A stretch of 64,000 nucleotides of DNA, taken from Lytechinus pictus. Its lineage: Eukaryota. A program made the translations under genes and the position numbers. This document shows positions 31,805-46,816 of the stretch, in pieces (the stretch's first letter is position 1; each line of letters begins with the position of its first letter). Location: assembly GCF_037042905.1 (NCBI RefSeq), contig NC_087246.1, positions 61,256,001 to 61,320,000 on the forward strand. Direction: 5' to 3'. Below the pieces are notes generated by a model. That model was given only the letters and a program-made list of their open reading frames with translations, ran no database searches and was not told the DNA's origin.

Positions 31805-32604
31805 TAGGGACAGTGATTTTCCGTTTAAAAAAATTGCCTTTTCCGTTTCAGAAAATCGTAAATTCCGTTTCAGCATGCCAGAAAACTGAAATTCCGTTTC
31901 CCCATAGACTTTGTGTACACGGAAAATTGGCAATTCCGTTTACCATTCAGTAGCAATATATCACTCGCGCTGCGCTGGTCAAAATTTTTATCTGCCACTG
32001 TACCAACAACGCAGTAGAATCCGCTCTAATCGGATCTATGCGGGTACACAAAATATTTTCACAAACATATCTGACATAAATACATCCTTACCTTTCACAT
32101 TATTAGCATTATTTTTTTGTTAAATTAAATTTTATCGATAATTTTGGGGGTTTTTGGACATGGTTTCAACCAGTCAACGACTGTAGCCTATCCGCCATTT
32201 TGGATTTCAAGACCGGAATATCGTGCTGTTACATCTTCAAACGTAGAGGGCAGCAACACACGACCGTGTTGTTTGCATGTGAATGTTTTCGATACGGCCG
32301 ACCCCGCCGCGCCGCCGGCCAAGACGCGGCCGAGGCCCGCGGGGTACGATCGAGAGTGATGGAGTCAAGATGTGTGAATTGTCATACTTTGTAGTGAAGT
32401 GAGATCGTGTATTGTGAGGTTTTGTGGCCAGTTAATATTCGTATTTTGTTGAGATTTTGGAGTAATTACTGTTGCTGTTCTGTGTATTCTGAGGAAAAAA
32501 TATGTTTTCCGTGATTTTCCGTTTGAAATGGCACTTTCCGTTTCACAAGGCAATTTCCGTGAATTCCGTCCGTTTTCCGCGATCGCGGAAAATCACTGTC
32601 CCTA
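31805..32604. mobile_element. CpG-rich non-autonomous TIR element
   Basis: Perfect TIR TAGGGACAGTGATTTTCCG / CGGAAAATCACTGTCCCTA, TTTATA duplicated at the flanks, and subterminal TTCCGTTT repeats. Confidence 0.8.
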
Positions 32605-32683
32605 TTTATAGATGGAAATGGAATACACTGTAGGACACGTCATTATACACTGTACCTCAGACTGTTGTATACAATACATGTAT

Positions 32684-33800
32684 TTCCGACGGCGGTGGCA
32701 GCAGAGTCAACAATTAAAGGGGAAATTCAGTATGTTTGTATTTATTTCCATATAAAAAATATATACATGCTCAATTTAACATAACGTACAGATCATATGG
32801 AGGATGGCCAATTTCAGTGGTATTAATAAAATACCACTGTTCTTGAACACCCTGAAGAATACTTTGTTGAAAAAATGATTAAAAATATTAGTGAAGATTA
32901 GAGGAAAATCCATCAAAGATTAAGAAAGTTATTAAAATTTAAATTTTGGATTTGTGACGTCATAAACGAGCAGATGCCCCATATGTTATTTTATATAAAA
33001 TGCATAAATTTCAAATTTTAAATGGCTCGTGGTGCCTAATTTTTTTTTTCTTTTTAGAAACGGGCGTGAAATGATTTGTCTATTGATATGCTGAAGGTAC
33101 AGTAAAAACCAAAATCAATTTTGTGATAAAATTACATTTCATTGATTTTTTTGCCGAACGATACATGTAGCTGCTCGCATAAGTATACATATGACGTCAC
33201 AAATCAAATAATTGAAATTCTAATAACTTTTTCTATTCTTGGATGGATTTTTCTCAAACTTTCAACATTATATTTTTCATTATTTTTTCTGCTATTTTCA
33301 CAATAAACTTTTTGTCAGGGTGAACTTCCCTTTTGAAATCTTAACGAAGGTTAAGTTTCTGAAATGTCATTATAACTTAAAAGGTATATGGACCTACAGT
33401 AGTTCACGAAACTTAGACATAATGGTAATGGTGTATCACTGAAGATCCTGCCTGAGTTTCTTGTCACATGACCAAGGTCAAAGTTCATCTAAGGTCAATG
33501 AAATTTGGCCATGTTGGGGGTATTTGTTAAATTGCCATCATCTTCGAAAGTTTATGGATCTATTTCATTAAACTTGGACATAAGGATAATCAAGTAGCAC
33601 TGATCATTTTGCCTGAGTCTTAGGTCACATTGTCAAGGTTTAAGGTCATTTAGGGTCAATGAACATAGTGTTTTATATTATGAAGTGTTTTTTTTTTTTT
33701 TTTTGTGAATAATTGTTTTCAAAGTCAGTATAAATGCAATATTCACTTTGTTAAATCACATAATGGAGGCGAGGCTGCCAGATGCATTCCACTTGTTTTT
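32684..33800 (+). mobile_element. Degenerate Helentron-like element interrupted by a TTAA-type MITE (about 32714-33335)
   Basis: Homologous to 44498-45476 (TTTCCGACGGCGG, AAGGTTAAG, CATGACCAAGGTCAAAG, GCATTCCACTTGTTT). Confidence 0.6.
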
Positions 33801-35532
33801 TATATGTAGATGCGGTCCCAGAAAAAAATAAGAAACCAAGAATTATGAACTTTTTTTTAGCATTAGGATAAAAAAATTATGTGATTGTAAGAGGAACTTT
33901 AGGGATTAGGGATACATGTACATTTGATTATTTTTTTGGGGGGATTCAGATACAACACCCAGCACCTGCCATACACTTTTTGTAGCCTTTCTAGTTTCTA
34001 CGCATTTATGTGTTATAGTATACATGTACATACACTCTTTTGTATTAAAACAATCAGACTTTTTTATTTAAAAAATTTGAAAGAGCAAAAACTTGAAATA
34101 ATTTTTAAATAGTGTGATTGACATCATCATCAATCTCATTTGCATTACCCATAGTGAGCTATTTTCATTTTTTATTTGTGAAAATAAGAGAAACTGTATA
34201 TTATATATTTTTTCAATTATGAATGACTTGTTAGTGCAGAATGCTTGTTGATGTTTCTCTATAAAATCTTGTTTTGTGGTTGGACTTGACCTTTTAAAGG
34301 TCAGCATCTTTGGACAGAGCCAGAGGCCTAATTTCTCTGTACATAAGTAGGCCTACATGTACAGCAAAGTGGCATTTCATGTACTCTGTGCAGGGTAACA
34401 TGTAGGCATCCTTCTGCTTCTGAACATAGGATATGATGTTTCCTTCAAAGGGAAATGATTATGGAGGTGTAAATACTATAACAAGGAAGGGGGAAGTGTT
34501 TAAGGATAAGTAGATAATCTGCTGTCTGGGTGATCATAATTAGGTTTAAGCTCAAGGTTGCTTTCTACTAGCTCTGGTGAAAGACATGATAATGATGCTC
34601 CGTTTCTTGTGAGGATAAAAACATGCGATTCCATAAAAGTATGCTCGCATACAAAGTGTGACATTGCGACTCGCTATATTCCCATGGTGAAAAATTCTAT
34701 GGGTATGCCAAGTACTAGAAGTAGCTCCTTGCAATTACTAATAGATCGAAAGTTGTTCAAATTTAAAAAAGTGGTTGACCTTAACAACACTCAGGGGAAA
34801 AATAACTTTCGATAAAGGGTGCGCTCATTGGCCCCGCTTTCCTGGTCAACCAAATTATGATGTGAAGTCAGCTACAGATTGTGATTTTGCCTCTGAAAAA
34901 TTAAGCATACACAACTCCCAGGACCATGTTTGCGATAGGCGTTCTGAAACACCGTTTGAAAACGCTGGTCTGTCTTGGCAATGGAAGCATAAACAACGCC
35001 TTAGCATGGACGCAACTGTTTTTTACTATAAATCATGTATGAAAATGCTGATTCTGGCCTGGAAAGTGTAAGCATAAAGACACCCTTCGAATGAGGTATT
35101 GGAAAAGAGCAGCAACAAGGCTCTGGGTTTAGGACTGGAATGAGGTACTTGGTACGTGGAATGTGGTCGAGAGAGAAGACACTGTCAGTGGGAATGAGGC
35201 AATGGAATTCACTGGGAGTAGGGCACAGCACAGGGGAAAATAGAAATGCGGCAGTGAGAACGGGATACAAGGTATTGTATGGCGTTATTCACAGTGCCAT
35301 TATCCTTGCCGATTTCACCCCTCCCCCCCCCCCCCCAAATGCTTAAATGACATGTTGCAAAATTAAAAAGAGCCCTAGGAAATCACCATCAACTAAAGTG
35401 TTAAGCCATCTTTTGTAGCATACATGTACATGTACTTAGGCAGTACTTCTGTGATTTTGTGAAAAGTAGCCCCCCCCCCAAAAAAAAAAAAGGCCTTAAA
35501 CTTTAGCTATGGTCTCACATGTCATGAGGTTT

Positions 35533-36217
35533 TAAAGGGGAAGTGCTGCCTGTAGAAAAGTTGTAAAAAATTAAAAATACCAGAAAAATGATAAAAAAAT
35601 ATTGGTGAAGGTTTGAGGTAAGTCCATCAAAGATTACAAAAATTATTAGAATTTTAAGTTTTTGATTTTGATGTCATAAAGTAAGCAGCTGACCCTTGTG
35701 TTATATAATATACTGTACATGTGTAAAATGCATTAATTTCAAATTGTTAATGGTTTATGATGACTATTATTTTTCAGGACCGGGTGTGAAATAATTTGTT
35801 AATATACTAGAGAGCATTTCATCAACATTTTTTGTCTGAAAAGTTGTCGGATCTGACCACTTTCCATGACTTTGAATGGCTGAGTCCCTATGGTAGAGCT
35901 GTCGGATAAATCAGAACTTGTCGGATGAAACATCCAACAAGTCCTTTCATAAAATGCTCCCCAGAAAGTACAAGAATAACTCTTTTCAATTTTTTAGAAA
36001 ATGATGTTTCATTGTTTTTTTTATTACATGATATGTATGAAGAACCTGCTAGCATACATGAAGTCACAAATCATAAAATCAGATTTCTAATAACGTTTTT
36101 AATCTTTGGTGGATTTTCCTCAATTCTTCACCAATATTTTGCATTATTATTATTAATTTTTTGGGGGAGGGGGCTATTTTTACAATAAATATTTGTGAGG
36201 GTGAACTTCCCCTTTAA
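35533..36217. mobile_element. TTAA-flanked MITE
   Basis: TTAAAGGGGAAGT ... AACTTCCCCTTTAA; similar to 32714-33335. Confidence 0.6.
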
Positions 36218-38031
36218 GGTACTTGAAGTGAAAAGAGACACTTGATGCAAATAGTAATGGGGTAGGCATTTAGGATGTAGACCTGTATTGATTGATATGT
36301 TTTGTTCATATCAATACACACCTGTAGACACGTTTCGTGGTTTTTTTTTGCACAACCACATACTTCCCTATGATGCCTCTTTTGTAGTTTTCATAGTTTT
36401 CTTTGTTTTGGATACATTCAATTTCGAAACCACTTTTGAAAGAGTTATTGTACCTTCTTTACAAGTAAAAAAAAATCAATATAGGGTTCAACACTAACCC
36501 GTTTTTGAAATGGTCCGATATGATCAGGTCTGACCAGTAGATACCAAATTTTTCAATTTTTTACTGGTCCGAACCTAAAATTTACTGGTCCCAAAAATAA
36601 AGAAAAATATAAAATAGACTTGAGTTTATTCTACTGTCTTTTATTGCTTACATGTATTATTGCCCCCCTAAAAAAAGGTACACATACATACAAATGTACA
36701 CAATATAATTCGTGAGAGCAATTTCTCAATATTAGAGAGCCATTTCATTGAGATGCCAGAGCCATTTTTATAACTTACAAAAAAAGAAGGAAATATCATT
36801 TGTATCGGTTAGATATATTTGTCTGGTCACATTGGACCAGTAAATCTGGCTATTTCTGAAAAGTTTCTGGCCGGACAGCAGTTTTTACCAGTCTGGGACC
36901 ATTGGACCAGTGCCAGTGTCGCGCGCTGAATCCATGATCCACCAGCAGACGCAGGAAGTTCATTGAAAAACAAGAGGAGAAAATCAATCAATAAAACCGT
37001 CTTCACAAACATGACCAAGGTCAGGTTAATTGTTAGGAGTTACATGTACATGATGTATTGCACCTACATGTATGTGAAAAAGATGCTTTTGTCTCCCCCT
37101 CTCATGTCCCTGGTCAGAAAGACTTTGACCATAGGATTTTATACTCTATTTTCTTTTTCAATGTGGTTTGGACAATTTTTGTCAGATTATCTCAATTTTT
37201 GTAGGAGTATCTTTAAAAAGAATCATGTCATGAAAAATGTTAGAAAAAAATTCCTATGCTTTATTACATAAGTTTACACAGTATGTCAAGAAAGCCCAAT
37301 AAAATAAAAACACCAGTTTGCTACACGACATCTCAAATGTTCAGATGAAAGTTATAAGCCCTCTAAAATGTTTTATACCATGTACATGTAGGAGGAGGGT
37401 TCACAGTGAACTGCTATAATAATGCAGAACACGGGAGTTTACAGTCAACACACGAAGAGTTTATAAATTTGTCTTCAGATTTCTTGCATTTTAAAATGGT
37501 GCGGTGCACACATTATTATTGTTTTGAATTGTACTTCCTATCATCCAGGGTAGATGATTATAGGTCTACATGTCTGCACAGGTATATACATACAAAAACT
37601 TTTCACTTCCTCATCTTATTTTCGAAAGTTCCAAACATGTTGCAACTAGATACTGTATACTCCATTGCTTGTTGAGTGCTTTGACAATGATTAAGCACCG
37701 AACAATATTAAAGAGGAACATTAATCATACAATGCTTTTATTTTTAATAAGTTTCCTATAACTTGTAGATATTGGATCCTTTCCTGTTAGCTCAGTTTCC
37801 ACTTTCCACTTCCTTACATTGTATTGATCTGAAATGAAAATGAAACCCTTGAAACCAGTTGAAATCATATGAAAGAAAAAAATTAAAGAAATAGATCAAT
37901 GGAAGTTTTTAGAAGATTACATGAATAATAAGAAAGTTTGATTGATATTGAAATTTAAAAAAGAAAGACATTTTCAGAGGATATTTTCCGATTTTTTTGT
38001 GGTCAAATATTGTAATTGACTTGTATCACTA

Positions 38032-38818
38032 TGGGCAATTCCAAGCAACGGTGGACATTTTCCCAAAAATTATATTGGCTCTATTTCAAATCTGGATCAA
38101 ATTTTTCAATCATAACTCATATGGAATTTCATAAACACAAAAGGGGAGCATAATTAGCCAAAATTGTTTTTTCTTACGCAGCTCCTTATAGGTGAATCCA
38201 AACCATACAAAAAAACGCTATATATGGGACTACATATATTGTTTTTTACTTAATTTCAAATTAACAGAAAACTATTGCTTGTTTTGTAAAATTTTCTTTT
38301 GGATAATCTGAAGGTCATCATTTTACATCATATCAAACAAAAATTTTAAAATATAAGTTCATTTTACGTTGCCAGTGAGTGGATATTTCTGATGTCACTC
38401 CGTAACCGTCACTCCTTAACCGGGTATGGGTTTACGTTTTTAGTCGTAATTAATGAAATAATACATGTACACCAATTTTTTAATGTAATGCAACATATTA
38501 AAGCTAGAACAACATAGAATCCAATCAATAAATCAAAATTATGATAGCAATTCAAAATTCGCAGAGTTCGAGCAATATGTTTTCTCCTCAAATATGCATG
38601 TCCATTTTTGCTTCACTCCGTAACCATGTTTATGAATATTCACATCTCATTAATTCAGTGGATCAAAATAACAAATGTTATTATTTTGAAAAGTGGGTTT
38701 CAGCAACTACTGTCAGGTACCATTTCTTTGCAAATAACTATTCAAATATGGGTGATATCTTTGTTTGAATGCAAAAATATTGTTTCTGAATGTCACTCCG
38801 TAACCGTGGAACTGCCCA
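38032..38818. mobile_element. Non-autonomous TIR element
   Basis: TGGGCAATTCCA ... TGGAACTGCCCA ends with internal TCACTCCGTAACC repeats. Confidence 0.5.
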
Positions 38819-40855
38819 CATCAAGATTTATGAATGCGTGTAATTTGAAAACTTGTACAAAAGGATCAGAACGAAGTATGTTTAGAGCAGTACTTTTTGT
38901 ATTTAGTTAACTTGGCAAAAAGTAGGCTTCATAGCTGCATGCATAACAATTCCATAGCTCTGCAGCATCTGGCATAAAATCATTTTAAGTACTGTAGGCT
39001 CATTACATGAAAGCATGTAGTACCTATAAATCAATGAGATTTATGACATCAGTCACATTTACATGATCCCTGTGGTAAAGAGATAGAATGGATTTATGCT
39101 TCCTCACTCCTGATGGTGTACCTGGGTCCAGGAAACATCCAGTTTTATTGATCTTGAATATTAAAGGGTAGGTTCATCCTGACATTAAGTTGGTATGACA
39201 TGTACATGTAATAAAAGCAGAAAAAAAATTTTGACGAAAATCCATCAAAGATCAAAGTGGTAATGGATTTTACAGTTCTGAATTTGTGATGCCATAACGA
39301 AACAGTTCCCAAGTGATATTTTGGTTTATAAATTCTACTTGCCATTTTCTCAGAAAATATGAAGTGATGTTATTTGTGGTTCATTCTTTCATCAGACACA
39401 TCAGACACATTATTTCATGTTTATGAGTGCAATGGACAGAATACTTCATGAGGTGAAAAATGAAATGATCCATTCAAGGAGGCGTAGCCCCGTTGAATGG
39501 ATCATTATTTCATCTTTCACCGAATGAAGTATTCTGTCCATTGCACGAATGAAAAAACATTCATTATTTGGTTTATATGACACCTAAAATATGATTATTT
39601 TTTTTCATATGAAATTCATGAATTTCGATGCAAAAGATGCTCATGTAGTGTGAGTTCGATCTGTTGATTGTTACGTCATTACAACATGCGCACTGCTGGT
39701 GCATGAGCTGCAGTCTCGGTGCGCGAGTGCAATGGACAAAATCATATGGATCCAAAATTGCATGGTTGATGACGTCATTGCAAAATGGGCTGAATGAATG
39801 ATATCAAACAACAAATCAAATCACAAGGATCTATCTACATGTAGGTGTCATATAAATATTTTTATTCATCATGAACATTTTAAAAAATGGGTATTATGGA
39901 ATTCATATTAGATGACATAAAATTATGAGGTAACTGTTCCCATATGATGTCACAAATTCAAACCTTTAAAAAAAAAAATATGTCTTGGTCTTTGATGGAT
40001 CATGGATTTTTTTTCAAACCTTCTCATTTCCTCTTATTTCTCCTTTAATTACCAATGTAAATCATACTGTATGTACATGTACTTTCGCTTTCTTATTAAT
40101 ATCTGGTTATAATATGAGAGTTTTTAAAACGAAGTTCATATCATAGCATTGAAAGTGTCATCCATTGCTCTTTCCCAAGACTGCTTTTAACCTTGATTAT
40201 GTATGTTTTCACATTCTTATTCTAGACTTTCATGAAAGTAAGATGGGATGCATAATTAAACCAATTAATCAATCCTTTGTTCTGCTGTTATTAATATGAT
40301 ACTGTAGTTTCAGTTTTCATTTCTCTTTAGGTCTACTATTTTTAATTACCAACCAGCAAATTATGACTTCAGGAGACTATAAAATTTAGAATTAGGAAAA
40401 ATTATTATTTCTGTAAATGAATTCCTTGTTTTAACAGAAAATCAGAGTCATCTCTCAGTATTTTCCTGTTCAGTGATTTTTCAGATCGCTTTTTCTTGGG
40501 GGGGAGGGTCTGAGATTAACTTTGAATCTGGAATTTGGGCCAGCAAGATGTAAGAAAATGAAAGGAGTCCTATCGAGCAAGTAATTGATGAGTTTTAGAA
40601 ATGACCATAGAAATCACATTGATTGACACCAAGTGAAACTTTTCCCAGGACCAGTCTTCTTTTTTATTTTTATGCTGTGGGAATGTAAAAAACAAGACAC
40701 TAAACGGTCAGCACTGAAATTGAAATCAAAATCTTTCCATCTTTCAGACTGGTCAGCCGAAATATTCACCAAATATACACCAAGTTCACCAACCAAAATA
40801 TTTATGACAAAATCTGTTATTTAACATATTTCTTTTTTTTTTATACCCCTTATAG

Positions 40856-40942
40856 GTCTTCAAATTAAATGTGCAGAAAACAGCAACTGAAGGATATTTT
40901 ATCTTCCGGAGATACACAGATTTCACAAGACTAAATATGAAG
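40856..40942 (+). CDS. SNX16: SNX16 coding exon (PX domain)
   Basis: VFKLNVQKTATEGYFIFRRYTDFTRLNMK contains the PX RRY motif. TAG| acceptor and AAG|GTGAGT donor, phase 0/0. Confidence 0.93.
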
Positions 40943-41397
40943 GTGAGTGAGATATAAAGTGATTCTTTATTTGATAATCAGGCAGAATGAAATTACCTCA
41001 CAATTCATACAATTATTAATATCATTGCTTTTAAGTGAACGATTATCAATTATTTTCAAGTTTTTATTTGCATAAAATGCCCAAAACAATGTGAATTTGA
41101 ACCACTATTAAAATCGAAATAAAAAATCTACTGGTATCAAGGGAGAATTTATTGAATATCAGATTATGTTCTTCGCTTGCATTTATTCAAGGATGAATGA
41201 ATGGATTGAAAAATAGATTCTCACTTAAAATCATTGTTTTTCTGCATCATTGCAGACACACAAACATGGACAAAATCTTAGCACCTATGAAAATTTTCTG
41301 CTCAACAATAGTGAAACAACATGCTGAACTTGAAGAGTGTATCTTTTTCATTTCAATCATGTTTTGATTTTTTCTTTCCATCCCATATGCATGACAG

Positions 41398-41546
41398 CTG
41401 AAGATTCTGTACCCATGTTTCCGCCTGGCCTTGCCTCCTAAGCGATGGTTTGGTAATAACTTTGACCCCATCTTTCTGGAAGATCGCCTGCTGGGTCTCC
41501 AAGCCTTTCTCAACAATATCACCGGTCACAAAGAGATTAGGAAGAG
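41398..41546 (+). CDS. SNX16: SNX16 coding exon (PX domain)
   Basis: [49 protein letters not shown], matching SNX16 [11 protein letters not shown]...FLEDRQLGLQAFL. Phase 0/2. Confidence 0.95.
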
Positions 41547-42607
41547 GTAGGTTTATCCAATGAAGATTGTGTGTAAGCCATACCAAATCATATTGAGTAT
41601 TATACAGTGAGTGTTTCCAAATCTTTCTCAAGCTGAGGATGAAATAGTTTTGTTTTGATTTGAGCAAATGATGTGAATAGGCTATCTTTATTAAACCCTT
41701 AAATACTTAACTGGGCTATTTTGAGCATCTTCCTGACAGGATCTCAGCCATTGGAATTTTTTTTAGATATTCAGGCAAGGAACAAGATGGTATAATCATT
41801 TCGACAGAAATGTGCATTTTTTTAGCCTCATTAATTTTGCAAATTATGCAATTCTCAAACATTTGTTGGTCTCTAGATTAGTGAAAAGCCCTGAAATTTT
41901 ATTGAATAGATGTATCATGAACTAGTAATAATGGCTGAAATTTTTCACCTGGGCAGATTTAGAACATAAATTGAAATGTTAGTGACTTCATGCTCCTGCA
42001 TTTATTGCTTATTATTCACCATATGGCATTTCCTTTGAACCAGTTTTGAACCAGGAATATCCCTGCTGTGTGACTCACATTCATCATCCAGACAATCAAG
42101 GCATTTCTTCCTCTCTCCTCTCCTTTGGGGATTTGTCCTTCTGGAATTTAGGGGGTTTGCCTGGTATGAGGGCAACCCTCTTGTCAGAACCACACTTTTC
42201 TCACTCCTGGGAGCAGGTTTCCTAATTTGGCTGTGTGGCTTGCCAATGCAGGGGAAATATGAACCAAATTTAGACTGAATGAAGAGTTTCCATTTTACGT
42301 CTGATGTGTGGAATTTATTTCACTCCAGATGGATGCATTGTAAATTTATAAATAAAGCTATGCAGCAAAACATTTGAAAGTCATTTGGGGGTGATATGAA
42401 TATCAAAACCTGAAGGCTGAAACAGTGGTTGAAGTTAAAGTATGCATCACAAGGGGGCATAACCCTCACAAAACATCAACTTTTCACCTTTTAGTGTAGA
42501 TCTTCAACAAATATAAACTGTCTGGACTCAAAGCAATGAAATAATGTAGAAGACATGACAAAATATCTCTTTTACAGCTTCCATGAAAGGAAGCTGCATA
42601 AAAAGCT

Positions 42608-43143
42608 TTAAAGGGCATGTCCACCTAACAAAGATTTTCTTTCAAATTCAATAGAGGAAAAAAAGTAATCAGAGCATAATGCTGAATATTTCATAAAAAT
42701 CAGTTGTAATATTAGAGAGTTGTGACATTTTAAAACTTTGCTTACAAATTGTATGTCATTCGGACACTCACTATTTAAAGTTTTGACAATCACAGATTTG
42801 ACAATGAAAGACTCTTCATCTAATCATGATAGAACTTTTTCTAAAATAGTACCTCATAATAAATGAGGAATCAAACCTTGTTTCACATTACAATAAGGAA
42901 AAAAACATATTTCATACAATAAAGCAAAAAAGAAATAGTAAGTGGGAAACTTTGTCAGTTCCCTCATTTGCATACCAACAAGATGTGCATATAACAGTGT
43001 GTGAAAATAAGTGAAATTTCAAATGTCATAATTCTTTAACATTGTACATCAGATTTTCATGAAATTGACAGTGATAAGCTTCTTCGATTTCTCTTTTCTC
43101 TCATTCAAACCAACTTTTTTGTTGAGTGGGACATGCCCCTTAA
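42608..43143. mobile_element. TTAA-flanked MITE (family of 2460 and 19422)
   Basis: TTAAAGGGCATGTCCAC ... GGGACATGCCCCTTAA; internal similarity to the other copies. Confidence 0.65.
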
Positions 43144-44497
43144 TATTCATTTATTGTTTATCAGGGTGTTCATTTACTCACTTCTGTTATATAATGTACA
43201 GTACAGTATATGATGTAGGCCTGACTGTTATGCATAGTTCACTATATGATGAGGCTATGACCAATCAGTGGTTTTCTAATGTAGACGGGAAATATGCAAC
43301 TGAGAATAAAATTAGAAATTTGGCAGTCACTCTAAGATTATCCAGTCATCTTTTATACAGCCATACAGGGAATAAATTCTTTTCATTTTCTTTTTCTTTC
43401 ATTTTTTGTTGTTGACTGACTTCAATTGGTGAAGGATAAAAGGCTGCTTCTTTCTCTAGCTTGTTTTTAACAGAAAATCCACTGTACTGTGAATTTGTGA
43501 AATAAAAGTAGTGGTTGGAAGATTTTTGACAGTAGTTACATTGAAATGTTCTTTGAAATAAACATTTTTTTTTAACTTGTGTCAAAGAAAACTTGTTGAG
43601 CTAGCATGCATCCCTGTTCTGTGTTAGGTGCTCATTGAGTCTAGAATCACTGAAATAGCATATTGAAAGAAAAGTGCCTGGAATAGTATGAATAAAACTT
43701 TAAGATTTCTGACTATTAAAATCTATTCTTGATTTTTTGAAATATTAGTGATGATGCTTTCAATTAATCAGTCCGTACTTTGAAAGCTTGTCTGTCTCTT
43801 ATCTATATCCCTTGATAAAACAAATTGTTTTCCCTCTTTAGTTTTAAGCCCACCCACCATAGAGGTAAGGGAGTTTGACCATGAACGTAGGAGTTCTTCC
43901 TAAGTTCATGGTTTGACCCAGGTATGTATTATCATGGTCAAACAAAAGATGGCCTAAAATCATGATATAGATTAAGTTTTCAACCAACATCAGGGGTTCT
44001 TCAGAAATCAATTTCAGACTGTCTTTCTGGAATGCAACTTTTATAGTCTGAATTACATGTATAGGCCTATATTAAACATCTTTGAAAATTGTAGTTTTAT
44101 TTTTTTTAAAGCATTTTGTGAATGTAGCCTTATTAGAATGAAAGAAACATCTTGGCTGATGTTCAGTAAAGACAGATATTCTTTGTAATGAATATCTATT
44201 TGACATCCTGTCGAATTTCCTTGTCTTGGACAGTGCATGCATAATGAATACTCTGTTGGATGTTTGCGAGTTCATACATGTACATACCAGAGTGAACCTA
44301 ATGTAATGCATGTTATTTTCAAACAGTATTCAAAATTGGTTAAATAGGACTGTTTTTGATAATCTGGACATCTGAAATAGATTATCTGGGTTATTAAAAG
44401 CGTTTTTTTTTATAAATAAATTATGTTCATTGAAAATGTGCCCATGAATTCACAGTCTGATTTTCTATGGCCATAAACATCAAGTGAAATCGAAAGG

Positions 44498-45476
44498 TTT
44501 TTGTCTCACCTGCATAGCAGAGTGAGACTATAGGCGCCGCTTTTCCGACGGCGGCGGCGGCGGCGGCGGTGGCGACGGCGACGGCGGCGTCAACACCAAA
44601 TCTTAACCTGAGGTTAAGTTTTTGAAATGACAGCATAACTTAGAAAGTATATGGACCTAGTTCATGAAACTTGGCCATAAGGTTAATCAAGTATTACTGA
44701 ACATCCTGCCTGAGTTTCATGTCACATGACCAAGGTCAAAGGTCATTTAGGGTCAATGAACTTAGACCATGTTGGGGGAATCAACATCAAAATCTTAACC
44801 TAAGGTTAAGTTTTTGAAATGTCATCATAACTTAGAAAATATATGGACCTAGTTCATGAAACTTATACATAAGGTTAATCAAGTATCACTGAACATCCTG
44901 CATGAGTTTCACGTCACATGACCAAGGTCAAAGATCATTTAGGGTCAATGAACTTTGGCCGAAATGGGGGTATCTGTTGAATTACCATCATAACTTTGAA
45001 AGTTTATGGATCTGATTCATGAAACTTGGACATAATAGTAATCAAGTATTAATGAACATCCTGTGCAAGTTTCAGGTCACATGATCAAGGTCAAAGGTCA
45101 TTTAGGGTCAATGAACTTTGGCCAAATTGGGGTATTTGTTGAATTACAGCCATAAATTTGAAAGTGTGTTGGTCTAGTTCATAAAACTTGGACATAATAG
45201 TAATCAAGTATCACTGAACATCCTGTGCGAGTTTCAGGTCACATGAGCAAGGTCAAAGGTCATGTAAGGTCAAAGAACTTTGGCCACGTTGGGGGTATTT
45301 GTTGAATTGCCATCATATCTCTATAAGTGTATTGGTCTAGTTCATAAAACGTGGAAATAAGAGTAACCAAGTATCACTGAACATCTTGTGCGAGTTATAG
45401 TAGTTTTCAAAATCAGCACTGCTGCTATATTGAATCGCGTGATGCAGGTGAGACGGCCAGAGGCATTCCACTTGTT
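44498..45476 (+). mobile_element. Helentron-associated (DINE-1/HINE-like) non-autonomous element with (GGC)n microsatellite and about five internal 165-190-bp tandem repeats
   Basis: Subterminal inverted repeat GTCTCACCTGC/GCAGGTGAGAC, T-rich insertion site, GGC repeats, and tandem units containing CAAGGTCAAAGGTCATTTAGGGTCAATGAACTT. Confidence 0.7.
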
Positions 45477-46816
45477 TAATATCTGTAGTCAATAGAGCTG
45501 CTTGACTACATTGGTAGGCCTCTACATGATCATTCGACTTGTGATCTTGACTCGTCTACTTCACGTTCTTCTCCAACTCAATTGCCCTTTTATTTACGAT
45601 GCATTTTTGTAACATTTCTACCCAGAAAATGTAGGACACTATTTAAAAAAATAATTTTCCTGACGGCCAAAACTGTTAATCAAGTTTGAAAGTTTCAAAA
45701 CTCCTAACACATTCCAATAGTCGATATAAGGTTTTTTTTATTCTGATCTGTAGTAAGCATTTCAAATAATGATATGAATATTTGTCTTTATTCCCAGGTC
45801 AATATTCCATACATTCTGTAGCCCTAGAAATATTCCTCACACTATGCAACATACCAGTACATGTAATTCTAAACTTATCCAATATTCAAAGGAGTAACAA
45901 ATTCAAATAACAATGTTTTTTTTGCATACTCTATACAACATGCTGGTACGCCACCTTTATGCTAAGAATAGAAAAAGCGAATAAATATTCTACAATGAAT
46001 GTATTATGACACTTAGGTATTACCTACATGTATTGCAGTTCACAAACATGTAGGCCTAATTATAATAACTCATGCCAGAATAATTACAGAATTATCATCA
46101 AAGTCAGCCCTGGGGGAAATTGTTTAGAAAATTGAACTTTTCTTTCTTATTCACCCAGTCTTTGAAGCATAGCTGCATTGGCTTCAGTCACTGCACTTGA
46201 AATCACAATTTCAAGTGCATGGGTATTGCCTATTGGTAAATGGTATTTCAATTATTCGAATACCTTTCTATAACTATTGAAAACCGATGACATTATTACT
46301 GTATTATTATTGTCTTGACAGGCCTGTTAGAATGCTTTAGTCGCATGGTTGATGAATGCTTGAGCCTTGAATTATCAGGAAGACCAATCTCGTATTCAAT
46401 TTATAGTTCCCTAAAATGCACTGGTAGATCCAGATAGGGAGGCACATCATCAGCCATAGAGCCAGGGCTTCTCCTTGATAGTAGCCTATAGAGCTCTTCA
46501 AAGCTTTAATATTTTTTGAATACGTATAGGCCTAATTTTAATTTCATTCCTTTGGCTGCTGCCCTCACCCCCCCCCTTGCTTTTCTTATTGATGACAAAG
46601 AATGCACGGTTTCTTTTATTTCCATTCCATTTTCCTTTTTCGGGGGGGGGGGGGGGGGAGTTGCTTACACTTTTTGATGACCATGATTCAAGGGTTTTAC
46701 AATTTTCTCCTGTCCTACTGTACACTAACCCACACTTCAACCCCAATCTTCCCTGTGATATCCACTATGTTCACTTTGTCACATCTGACTTTTATTCAAT
46801 GTATCTTGTATTACAG

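Noticed and set aside
34545-35300. Higher-complexity intronic stretch with short ORFs, possibly an ncRNA or old repeat
   Set aside because: No recognisable RNA family, protein motif or termini; would need Rfam/Dfam searches.
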